From: Nitrosopumilaceae archaeon
Lineage (GTDB): Archaea > Thermoproteota > Nitrososphaeria > Nitrososphaerales > Nitrosopumilaceae
NCBI GenBank assembly: GCA_028279545.1
Contig: JANQNN010000035.1
Coordinates: 27,425 to 91,424 of the forward strand
Length of the DNA stretch: 64,000 bases
Reading direction: 5' to 3'
Part shown: piece after piece, positions 25,567-33,713 of the stretch
Numbering within the stretch: position 1 is the first letter of the stretch
Layout of the letters: each line of letters starts with the position of its first letter
Notes under the pieces: model-generated
The model's input: the letters and a program-made list of their open reading frames with translations, nothing else
Databases searched by the model: none
Told to the model about the DNA's origin: nothing
Made by a program: the position numbers and the translations under genes

Positions 25567-28380
25567 TGTAAAGGTTCCACCTGAGATATCCAAATCTCCG
25601 TTTAGAATTATTTCTCCATTGTTAGTAAGAGTACCATCATTGTCAAGGGTGCCATTTACAATTATAGTGAATGCACTATTGTTAACAATTGTACCATTGT
25701 TGGTAAGAGTAACGCCAGTGTTAATGTCTAATGTAGTGACATTATCGAGTGTAAGAGTGACACCACCATTGATTGTGGTATTTTCTGTGACGTTAATTGT
25801 CCCTGCTGAATTAATGGTAGAATCGTTTGTCAAGGTAGTTGCCAAAGCAGGGGCAGTAGTTCCATCCAGAGTTCCTAAGTTAATGAAATCCCCATTTATT
25901 GTAAAAGTACCATTATTCGTGAAGGTTTCATTGTTATTGAAAGTACCGTTATTGATTATGGTATCGTTATTGATGACAGTTGAGGGACTGTTGTTAGTAA
26001 ATACACCGCCAATATCAATTACTAGTGTGGTGCCAGTGCCAATTGTTAAGGTGTTAGGATTTTGAAGTGTAGTTGGCGCAGTAATTGTAATTGTTCCAGC
26101 ACCAGTAATTGTAGCATCATTATTAATTACAGTAGCTAGTTGTGGTTGATTACCTGTAAATGTGCCGTTATTGGTAAAACTTCCGTTTAATACTATGGCT
26201 CCATCATTGTCAATAGTCCCATTGTTTACAATTGTATCGAAACTGTTATTGTAAAGAGTATCAGAAGCATCAATGTTTAAAGTCGTACCAGTACCAATAG
26301 TCAGAGTAGAACCAGGATTAACAAAAGTATCAGACTGTGTGACAACTGTTCCTGCATTAGTTATTGTAGAGTCATAAGAAATGTTTAATCTTAGTATTGG
26401 ATTATTTCCAGTAATGGTTCCTGTGCCCGAATAATTTCCATTTATTCTAAAAGTACCAGTTGTGTTATCAATTGTACCGTTGTTGATTATAGTACCACCC
26501 ATGATTTCAAGAGTAACAACACTATTGTTTGTAAGTGTAACACCAGCATTGATTACAAGTGTGGTATCTTCACCCACTGTTAAAGTTACTCCATCAATTA
26601 GCGTGTTTTCAGAAACGGTAATTGTGGCAAGATTTGTTATTGAAAAACTGTTAGTAAGAGTAGTTGCAAGTTCTGGTTGGTTGCCAGAAAAGATTCCAAA
26701 TTGGTTAAATTGTCCATTTAATGTCAAAGTGCCATTGTTGGTAAAGGTCTCAAAATTATCAAGAGTACCATTTACAATAATTATATTATTGTTGACCAGG
26801 GTTGCAGTACTATCGTTAGTTAATGTAAAACCTTGGTCAATAATTAGAGTGGTACCAGTACCAATAGTTAGAGTGTTAGGGTCTTGAATGGTAGTGTTAG
26901 CTGAAACATTAATTGTTCCCGCATTAGTAATCGTAGCATCCTTAGTTATTTCTGTAGCTAGTACTGGCTGGTTACCAGTAATGGTTCCAGTTCCTGAATA
27001 ATTTCCGTTTAATTCAACTAAGCCTGTGTTATTATCAAGTATGCCGTTGTTAATCAGTGCACCTCCATCAATTTCTAGAGTAAAAGGAGTTGTGTTGGTA
27101 AGGGTAATACCAGAATTAATTACAAGTGTGGTGCCATCAGCAATGTTTAGAGTTACATCGTCAATCAAAGTGCCAATTGCAACGGTAATTGTTCCACCAT
27201 TTTGTATTGTAGCATCATTATCTACAGTAGTTGCCAAGGCAGGAGCTGCACTTCCAGCAAGGGTTCCACCAGAGTTGTCAAAGTTTCCATTTATTGTAAA
27301 GGTGTCATTGTTTGTTAGAGTACCAGTGTTGGTAAACGTACCATTGTTTGTTACTGTACCATCATTGGTAAAGGTGCCACTGTTGTTGAGAGTAACATCA
27401 CTGTTGTTAATGATAGTACCATTGTTTGTTAGAGTGTCATTATTTGTAAGAGAAGAGCCACTCTCAATTGTAAGGACAAATGTGTCATCGACTACAAGTG
27501 TTGTACCTGTTTCAATGGTTACAGAACCGCCGTCAATGAATGTGTTTACTCCAACGTTAATTGTTCCAGCATTTGTAATTGTTGCTGGATTAGTTACAGT
27601 AGTTGCAAGTACTGGTGCATTTGCTCCTGCTAAAGACCCCCCAGTGTTATCCAAACTACCATTTAGTGTAAAGGTACCATTGTTTGTTATTGTCCCGGGA
27701 CTGTAATTAAATATAGTACCATTGTTTAGCAATTCCGCACCGCTGTCTATTGTAACTGATGCGCCATCATGAATCACAAGACATTCGCCAGCTATCACGT
27801 CCAATGTGGTTCCTGTTGCCAAGGTTACTGTATTTGGAGGATCAATTCCAGTACAATCATCAGAAGCGTTAACAGTTCCCGCATTAGTTATTGTAACATC
27901 ATTTGTTACACTAGATGCAAGTCTAGGAAGGGTTCCGCCATCCAAAGTTCCACCAGTATTATCAAAGTCTCCATTTATTGTAAAAGTACCACTGTTTGTA
28001 AAGGTTCCAGGATTGGTAAAAGCTCCATTGAGTACTAGAGAAACATCACTGTTGTTATCTAAATCCCCATTGTTTGTAAGAAAAGCACCAGAATTAATTG
28101 TTAAAGTATGACCACTTGCAATTGTAAAAGTATCACCACTATCTACGATAAATTCAACACCAGAAGCTACCGTCAAATCTCCAGTAGTTGTAAAGGAAGC
28201 ACCAGTAGTACATGTATCAGGGTCAGGTCCTGCATCCCAAACAGCACTAGTTACCAGGGTTTCACAAGATGTTTCATCAAAGATAGTATCACCTCCTGCA
28301 TATGCATCAGGCAACATAATTGGAAAAAGGGCAAATCCTAGGATCGCAAATAGTCCGACAAAAATTCCCCCGATTTTCAT
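24313..28380 (-). CDS. giant secreted Thr/Asn/Gly-rich modular repeat protein B (1355 aa, 11 modules), paralogue of A
   Basis: ATG start. Signal-like MKIGGIFVGLFAILGFALFPIMLPDAYAG. 11 modules collinear with modules 4-14 of A, and the same C-terminal Cys4 domain. Confidence 0.85.
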   Translation of the reverse strand: MKIGGIFVGLFAILGFALFPIMLPDAYAGGDTIFDETSCETLVTSAVWDAGPDPDTCTTGASFTTTGDLTVASGVEFIVDSGDTFTIASGHTLTINSGAFLTNNGDLDNNSDVSLVLNGAFTNPGTFTNSGTFTINGDFDNTGGTLDGGTLPRLASSVTNDVTITNAGTVNASDDCTGIDPPNTVTLATGTTLDVIAGECLVIHDGASVTIDSGAELLNNGTIFNYSPGTITNNGTFTLNGSLDNTGGSLAGANAPVLATTVTNPATITNAGTINVGVNTFIDGGSVTIETGTTLVVDDTFVLTIESGSSLTNNDTLTNNGTIINNSDVTLNNSGTFTNDGTVTNNGTFTNTGTLTNNDTFTINGNFDNSGGTLAGSAAPALATTVDNDATIQNGGTITVAIGTLIDDVTLNIADGTTLVINSGITLTNTTPFTLEIDGGALINNGILDNNTGLVELNGNYSGTGTITGNQPVLATEITKDATITNAGTINVSANTTIQDPNTLTIGTGTTLIIDQGFTLTNDSTATLVNNNIIIVNGTLDNFETFTNNGTLTLNGQFNQFGIFSGNQPELATTLTNSFSITNLATITVSENTLIDGVTLTVGEDTTLVINAGVTLTNNSVVTLEIMGGTIINNGTIDNTTGTFRINGNYSGTGTITGNNPILRLNISYDSTITNAGTVVTQSDTFVNPGSTLTIGTGTTLNIDASDTLYNNSFDTIVNNGTIDNDGAIVLNGSFTNNGTFTGNQPQLATVINNDATITGAGTITITAPTTLQNPNTLTIGTGTTLVIDIGGVFTNNSPSTVINNDTIINNGTFNNNETFTNNGTFTINGDFINLGTLDGTTAPALATTLTNDSTINSAGTINVTENTTINGGVTLTLDNVTTLDINTGVTLTNNGTIVNNSAFTIIVNGTLDNDGTLTNNGEIILNGDLDISGGTFTGNQPELATSVTNSFPLDGLGTITITEDTTIDAGVTLTVGAGTTLVVDSGQTLTNNGTIINDSDDTILNNGTIINNNVVTNNGTFTNNGTFILNGDYTNTDTFTGNQPILATSITNSFSIISLGTITATSNTTIETGNTLTIEDGTELVINGGVTLTNNGTIINNATDTITNNGTILNNNVVTNNGTITDNGTFTNDGTFTLNGDYVNNGTLDGANPPVLATSITNTFSLDSLGTITVAADTTIEEGNTLTVDAGTTLVINNGVTLTNNSSETLINNGTITNNGTVNNSGAFTNNSVVTNLGTINNNGPITNTSTFTNLGTIQNDCFGSVTGTIFGDQPIDICTCSPPVFGDWVVDESCTMSANATAAGNVLVLNNSVLTVPNGVTLTIPAGSNLTVVSLSGVLIQVGGAVIIVAPVS
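26977..27627 (-). repeat. ~0.65 kb near-identical internal block (copy 2; modules B2-B3)
   Basis: Counterpart of 21829-22479. Confidence 0.8.
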
Positions 28381-28559
28381 AGATAGTCTGATAAAATCTG
28401 ATTTAATAGATTTTTCTTAGAATAAAAAATCAGGACTAATAGGAAAGAAAAATTGTGCCTAATTTTTGGAAAAAAACTACATAATCAAGGGGAAAGCAAC
28501 AAGAAACCTTTGTGATTATTTTCTGTAAGATATTAATCTGATCGGGGGTATTCTATAGT

Positions 28560-28940
28560 ATGAATATTTTAGAAAACACGCCAATTGTAATGTACGATAA
28601 TCTTTGTTATCTTTGCACAAAATTTGCAAAATTTGTAAATTTCCTAGCAAGAGGAAATCTTACCATTATTGGGCATTACACAACTCAAGGAGAAGAGATT
28701 CGAGACAAAATACTAGATGACTCTGCCCTTGAGATGTTTTGGCTGGTTGATAAAAAAACAGCATATGGTGGACGAGCAGCCCTTTTGCCATTAATTAAAG
28801 CAATTTTTTCATCAAAAAAGAAAGCCACAAACCAAATTGATTTTGATGATTCTTGCTTACAAGAATGCAAAACAGTAAAATCTGTTTTTATTAGATCTGC
28901 TAGCCTATTATCTAACAGCAAAAAAATAGAGTTTACGTAA
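28560..28940 (+). CDS. DCC1-like thiol-disulfide oxidoreductase (DUF393) family protein
   Basis: N-terminal VMYDNLCYLCTKFAKFV matches the D-x-x-C-x-x-C start of the DCC family. Confidence 0.55.
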   Translation: MNILENTPIVMYDNLCYLCTKFAKFVNFLARGNLTIIGHYTTQGEEIRDKILDDSALEMFWLVDKKTAYGGRAALLPLIKAIFSSKKKATNQIDFDDSCLQECKTVKSVFIRSASLLSNSKKIEFT

Positions 28941-28971
28941 ATCTAAATACAAGAAAACTTTGGTCTTGTTT

Positions 28972-30450
28972 ATGAAAGTCAAAGTCGAAAGCTCAAACCC
29001 AATAAAGAAAAAAACCGAAATGCTTTGTGGATTTGTCCTTGAAGACTCTGATAAAATTCTAGGGATAAATAAAATAAATTCAAAGATTTCAGATTCTGTA
29101 AAACAATCAATTAAAGACAACAAAGGAGAGTTGGGGAAACTCACAGTTATTCCCACAAACAACAAAACTCCGGCAAAACGAATTCTTTTAGCAGGAATTG
29201 GCAAAAAAGAAAAGATAACCCAAGATACTATTAGGTTTGTTTCAGGAAAAATTGCTCAAAAAGCAAGAGAATTAAATCTAAAAGAATTTTCGTTAGTTTC
29301 TCCTCCAAGTTTTGTAAATGATCCTATAGCGTCAGCGTCTCAAATAACTGAAGGATGTAAATTATCTTTATTTTCATTCGATGATTTCAAAGCAAAAAAA
29401 GAATCAAGGTCACCTGACTTGACTGTTTTTGTTCCAAAATCAAACAAAATAACAAATGCAATTAAGACCTCAGAGATAGTCTCTGACGGAGTTATCTTTA
29501 CAAAAAGTATTGCCAATTTGCCACCAAACAAGTGTACTCCAACTACTTTGGCTAATTTTGCAAAAAGTATTGCAAAAAAAAGCAAGATGAAGTGTTTTGT
29601 CGTCTCAAAAAATGAACTCAAGAAAAAAGGATTTGGTGGAATCACAGCAGTAGGTCAGGGAAGTAAAAATGAACCTAAACTGATGGTTTTAGAACATAAT
29701 GGCGGACCTAGAGGACAAAAACCAATTGTTCTTGTTGGAAAGGCAGTCACCTTTGATACTGGTGGAATATCTCTCAAACCTGGAGAAAAAATGGATGAGA
29801 TGAAGTTTGACAAGTGTGGCGGATGTACGGTTTTGGGAATAATGAAGGCAGTATCAGAACTAAGATTGCCAGTAAATGTTGTAGGAATTGTTCCATCAGT
29901 TGAAAACATGCCAAGTGGTGAGGCATACAGACCAGGTGATATCATAAAATTATACAACGGCAAAACAGCTGAGATTCTAAACACAGATGCTGAAGGAAGA
30001 TTAATTCTTGCTGATGCTCTTGCCTTTGGTGAGAAAAAATATTCTCCAAGAGTGATAATTGACTTTGCAACACTAACTGGTGCATGCATTATAGCTCTTG
30101 GAACAAATGTTGCAGCAATTGTTTCAAATGATGAGAAATTAAAAAAACAAATCAATGAATCATCAGTAAGAACCACAGAAGAAGTCTGGGAGCTTCCACT
30201 AAATGACGATTATATGGATATGATAAAGTCCGATGTAGCAGACATGAGAAACATTGGAATTGGACGAGCAGCTGGCACCATTACTGCAGCTGCATTTTTG
30301 AAAAATGCAATTGAAAAAACTCCTTGGCTTCACTTTGATATTGCAGGAGTTGCATGGACACAAGTTGCAACAAAATCAAAACCTTACAATCCAAAAGGTG
30401 CAACAGGTTTTGGTGTTAGATTAATTTTAGACTATCTTCAAAAGATCTAA
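28972..30450 (+). CDS. pepA: leucyl aminopeptidase (M17)
   Basis: NTDAEGRLILAD signature and VGKAVTFDTGG. ATG 28972 preferred over the upstream alternative start. Confidence 0.9.
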   Translation: MKVKVESSNPIKKKTEMLCGFVLEDSDKILGINKINSKISDSVKQSIKDNKGELGKLTVIPTNNKTPAKRILLAGIGKKEKITQDTIRFVSGKIAQKARELNLKEFSLVSPPSFVNDPIASASQITEGCKLSLFSFDDFKAKKESRSPDLTVFVPKSNKITNAIKTSEIVSDGVIFTKSIANLPPNKCTPTTLANFAKSIAKKSKMKCFVVSKNELKKKGFGGITAVGQGSKNEPKLMVLEHNGGPRGQKPIVLVGKAVTFDTGGISLKPGEKMDEMKFDKCGGCTVLGIMKAVSELRLPVNVVGIVPSVENMPSGEAYRPGDIIKLYNGKTAEILNTDAEGRLILADALAFGEKKYSPRVIIDFATLTGACIIALGTNVAAIVSNDEKLKKQINESSVRTTEEVWELPLNDDYMDMIKSDVADMRNIGIGRAAGTITAAAFLKNAIEKTPWLHFDIAGVAWTQVATKSKPYNPKGATGFGVRLILDYLQKI

Positions 30451-30456
30451 ATTTTT

Positions 30457-30585
30457 TTAATAGCCCCGACTGTTTCTGTCAGGTTTTCCAATGTTTGGAT
30501 TTCTAAATCCATGTTTTTCCATCATGTGATTTAAGAATCGAATATCATCTGAGAACTGTTGCCCACAAACACTGCAGATTGCCAT
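30457..30585 (-). CDS. candidate 42-aa C2H2 zinc-finger micro-protein (MAICSVCGQQFSDDIRFLNHMMEKHGFRNPNIGKPDRNSRGY)
   Basis: Classical C-x2-C-x12-H-x4-H spacing. ATG..TAA ORF below the ORF-track cutoff, in the gap between pepA and the 5S rRNA. Confidence 0.45.
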   Translation of the reverse strand: MAICSVCGQQFSDDIRFLNHMMEKHGFRNPNIGKPDRNSRGY

Positions 30586-30629
30586 ACAGATAATTGGTAA
30601 AAATTTCAATATTAATAGTATGAATAAAT

Positions 30630-30742
30630 GCCAGCACTGTTGCTTCCCAAGAGCTCTCGCATCTTAGTAGCACAACAGCGACATTAGGTTTGACTTCCAA
30701 GTTCGGAATGGGATTGGGTCGCACCCTAACGCTATGGCCGGC
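30630..30742 (-). rRNA. 5S ribosomal RNA, stand-alone
   Basis: The reverse complement reads GCCGGCCATAGCG...CCCATTCCGAAC.TGGAAGT.AA...GCGAGAG...GGGAAG...GCTGGC, with terminal helix I pairing. Ends are uncertain by a few nt. Confidence 0.85.
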
Positions 30743-30808
30743 TTGAAAGTTTTATGCAAATTCGTATCTATTAAGGTAACGCCGGCTTTTTTAGCCGTCC
30801 CAAAGAGG

Positions 30809-30814
30809 TTTAAA
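30809..30814 (+). promoter_or_regulatory. TATA box (TTTAAA), ~26 nt upstream of the ABCE1 ATG (leaderless-type)
   Basis: Spacing to ATG 30838 equals the usual archaeal TATA-to-TSS distance. Confidence 0.45.
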
Positions 30815-30837
30815 GCAAGGATTTACCGAGATACGAC

Positions 30838-32625
30838 ATGACTCACCGAGTAGCAGTGCTAGATATGGAGTTGTGCCAGCCAAAAAAATGTGGCCTTGAG
30901 TGCATAAAGTACTGTCCAGTAAACAAATCAGGTGCTGATTGTATCGTTTTAAACGAGGAGACAAAAAAGGCCCAAATCGATGAGGATATCTGCAATGGTT
31001 GTGGGATATGTGTAAAGGTATGCCCCTTTGATGCAATTACCATTGTAAATTTAGCAAGTGAGCTTGCAACTGATAAAATTCACCAGTATGGCCCAAATTC
31101 TTTTAGACTATACAAGCTTCCAACTCCAAAAAAAGGCGAAGTCGTCGGACTACTTGGCAGAAACGGAATGGGAAAAAGTACAGTTGTAAATATTTTATCA
31201 GGAACCCTAAAACCAAATCTTGGTAGATATGAAAATCCCCCAGAATGGGATGAGATTTTAAAATATTACAGTGGAACAGAATTAAAATCACATTTTGAGA
31301 AAATCAAAGATAAACAAATTAGCGCATCAATTAAACCTCAGCAAATTCAGCATTTAGCACAATCCTTTGATGGAACAGGAAATGAATTAATTGAAAAATA
31401 TGATCAAAGAGGAGTCTCAAGACAGCTTGTAAAAGAGTTGGGATTGGAAAACTCTATGGAGCAGAACCTAAAAGAGCTTAGTGGTGGAGAACTGCAACGA
31501 CTAGCAATTGCTACTGTTGCATCAAAAGATACTGACTTTTATTTTTTTGACGAGCCATCATCATACAACGATGTATTTCAGAGAACAAGTGTCGCCCGAG
31601 TTATTCAAAGTCTAGCAAAGATTGGAAAAAGTGTGATGGTGGTAGAGCATGACTTGACTTTACTTGATTTTCTTAGCGATTTTATCGAGGTGCTATATGG
31701 AGAGCCATCAGCTTATGGAATTGTTTCAAATGTTTTGTCCACAAAAGTTGGAATAAACGTATTTCTTGATGGGTATCTTCCAAATGAAAATGTTAGATTT
31801 AGAGACAAAAAATTCTCCTTTGATGTGTCAGCATCAGCTACTGAAGAGTTTCAAGCAGGAAGTGAAGTAATTTCATATCCAAAACTTGAAAAAAAATTTC
31901 CTTCATTTTCCCTTTCTGTAGAACCTGGAGTTGTTAGAAAAGGTGAGGTTTTAGGAATAATGGGTGCAAACGCCCTTGGAAAGACAACAATGATGAAGAT
32001 GATTGCAGGAGTCCTAAAGCCAGATTCAGGTAGTGTTGATAAGAAAACCAAGATAGCATACAAACCACAATATTTAGAAAATGATATCGACGTTGATGTA
32101 GTTTCAGTTTTAGGCAAAGCAAATGAGAGCCCTATTGAGGGAAGTCAAGAAGAAGAGCAAATTGTTGATCCTTTAAAAATTAAAAAACTCTACAACAAAT
32201 CTGTAAAAAATTTGTCAGGGGGTGAACTGCAAAAGGTGGCAGTAGCTGCCTGTCTTTTACAAAAAGTAGATCTTTATGCGCTAGATGAGCCCTCTGCATT
32301 TTTAGACGTTGAGGATAGAATCGCAGTTGCAAAATTTTTGCAAAAGTTTGTTCGCTCCTATGGAAAATCTGCCATAGTAATTGACCATGACATCCAACTC
32401 ATGGATTTAGTCTCTGACTCTATGGTAATCTTTGAAGGTGAGTCTGGTCTTAGTGGACAGGCCACTTCTCCCATGCCAAAATCAGATGCAATGAATAGAT
32501 TTCTAAAATCACTAGATATTACTTTTAGAAGAGATGAGAAGACATTAAGACCTAGGGTTAACAAGCTGGAAAGCAGATTAGATAAAGACCAAAAGGTTTC
32601 TGGTGATTTTTACTATAAAAAATGA
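30838..32625 (+). CDS. ABCE1 / RNase L inhibitor-type ribosome recycling ATPase
   Basis: N-terminal 2x[4Fe-4S] motifs (CQPKKCGLECIKYCP; CNGCGICVKVCP). Two ABC cassettes (GRNGMGKST, GANALGKTT; LSGGELQ twice). Confidence 0.95.
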   Translation: MTHRVAVLDMELCQPKKCGLECIKYCPVNKSGADCIVLNEETKKAQIDEDICNGCGICVKVCPFDAITIVNLASELATDKIHQYGPNSFRLYKLPTPKKGEVVGLLGRNGMGKSTVVNILSGTLKPNLGRYENPPEWDEILKYYSGTELKSHFEKIKDKQISASIKPQQIQHLAQSFDGTGNELIEKYDQRGVSRQLVKELGLENSMEQNLKELSGGELQRLAIATVASKDTDFYFFDEPSSYNDVFQRTSVARVIQSLAKIGKSVMVVEHDLTLLDFLSDFIEVLYGEPSAYGIVSNVLSTKVGINVFLDGYLPNENVRFRDKKFSFDVSASATEEFQAGSEVISYPKLEKKFPSFSLSVEPGVVRKGEVLGIMGANALGKTTMMKMIAGVLKPDSGSVDKKTKIAYKPQYLENDIDVDVVSVLGKANESPIEGSQEEEQIVDPLKIKKLYNKSVKNLSGGELQKVAVAACLLQKVDLYALDEPSAFLDVEDRIAVAKFLQKFVRSYGKSAIVIDHDIQLMDLVSDSMVIFEGESGLSGQATSPMPKSDAMNRFLKSLDITFRRDEKTLRPRVNKLESRLDKDQKVSGDFYYKK

Positions 32626-33455
32626 CACGGATGCTAAAAAAAGCACTAGAAAAAATTCTAACACCTCAAGAAAGTGAAGAGCTTATTTCTGCATTTGATC
32701 AAATAGGAGATATCATTATCGTAAGAATTCCAGATGTTCTTTTGCCAAAAAAGAAGATTATTGGAGAAACTCTACTAAATGAGGTAAAAATTGTCAAAAG
32801 TGTATTTTATCAAGCCTCTCCAGTTGAAGGTGACTTTAGAACAAGAAATTTAGAAATTCTTGCAGGAGAAGACAGAACTGAAACAGAGTACAAGGAATTT
32901 GGTTGTAGGTTTAGAGTAGATGTTGCAAATGCATTTTTTTCTCCTAGGTTGTCTACAGAACGAGAAAGAATTGCAAATCTAATTGAAGATGGAGAAGTTG
33001 TTGTAAACATGTTTGCAGGGGTAGGAATGTTTTCAATTATGGCTGCAAAAAAGAAAAACTGTACAGTTTACAGTATTGACATTAATCCAATAGCTTCTAA
33101 ATTGTGTGAGAGAAATATTGAATTAAACAAACTTGCAGGAAAAGTTATTTCAATTAATGGAGACACCACAAAAGTAATTGAAGATTTACAAGAAAAAGCA
33201 GATAGAACATTAATGCTTCTTCCTGAAAAATCAGATGAATACTTGGACTCTGCAATCAAAACTACAAAAGATGGAGGTATAATTCATTATTACTCACATA
33301 TTCATGCAGATAAAAAATCAGACGCAGGAAAATTATCTGAACAACACTTTCTTGATGTAACCCCTGTAAAATCAAAAATTCTTGCATCAAAAATTGTAAG
33401 ACCAGTTGGACCTAGATATTATCAAACAGTAGTTGATGTAAAAATTTCAAAGTAA
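32622..33455 (+). CDS. trm5: tRNA (guanine37-N1)-methyltransferase Trm5/Taw22 family
   Basis: FDQIGDIIIVRIP, FSPRLSTERERI and NMFAGVGMFSI motifs. Start overlaps the ABCE1 stop (ATGA). Confidence 0.85.
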   Translation: MTRMLKKALEKILTPQESEELISAFDQIGDIIIVRIPDVLLPKKKIIGETLLNEVKIVKSVFYQASPVEGDFRTRNLEILAGEDRTETEYKEFGCRFRVDVANAFFSPRLSTERERIANLIEDGEVVVNMFAGVGMFSIMAAKKKNCTVYSIDINPIASKLCERNIELNKLAGKVISINGDTTKVIEDLQEKADRTLMLLPEKSDEYLDSAIKTTKDGGIIHYYSHIHADKKSDAGKLSEQHFLDVTPVKSKILASKIVRPVGPRYYQTVVDVKISK

Positions 33456-33456
33456 C

Positions 33457-33675
33457 CTAGTCATCTGATGAAATTGTTGCAGATGTTTTCCTTGTTGTTG
33501 CCATGACATAGCCAATCCAAGCAATTACCCCAAGAATTCCACCAACAATCATCAATATAGATAATTGTAATACGATGGGGCTCCATTCAGATAACATCAA
33601 CAAATAGGCATAAACGAAAAATGCACCAATACATAGAATAAAAATTACTATTCCTGTTCCTTTCCGTTTGTCCAT
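33457..33675 (-). CDS. small two-TM membrane protein, hypothetical
   Basis: 72 aa with two clear hydrophobic helices. No family recognised. Confidence 0.5.
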   Translation of the reverse strand: MDKRKGTGIVIFILCIGAFFVYAYLLMLSEWSPIVLQLSILMIVGGILGVIAWIGYVMATTRKTSATISSDD

Positions 33676-33713
33676 CGCGATAAAATTATTTGAGATATAT
33701 TTATGGGTTTGAA

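Noticed and set aside
19235-28341. About 20 plus-strand ORFs of 68-260 aa (for example 20141-20923, 21899-22558, 25295-26065, 27026-27706) encoding Val/Pro/Leu/Ser-rich products such as MKVPLFVKVPLLVTT...
   Set aside because: They are antisense shadows of the two giant minus-strand genes. The dominant sense codons (ACN, AAT/AAC, GGT, ATT, GTT) have reverse complements that are never stop codons, so long open antisense frames arise automatically. The products are low-complexity, and the frames break wherever the sense composition changes.
19159-28380. Possibility that the highly periodic DNA of this region is a CRISPR array, satellite or other non-coding repeat
   Set aside because: The repeat unit is about 255-370 nt, not 25-40 nt, and there is no repeat/spacer alternation. 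The whole region stays in one uninterrupted reading frame per gene. Each gene has a signal peptide, start and stop, and differences between repeats are codon-like.
30791-31043. Two minus-strand ORFs (81 and 66 aa) at the 5' end of ABCE1
   Set aside because: They are antisense to the highly conserved Fe-S domain of ABCE1. The plus-strand product has unmistakable motifs.
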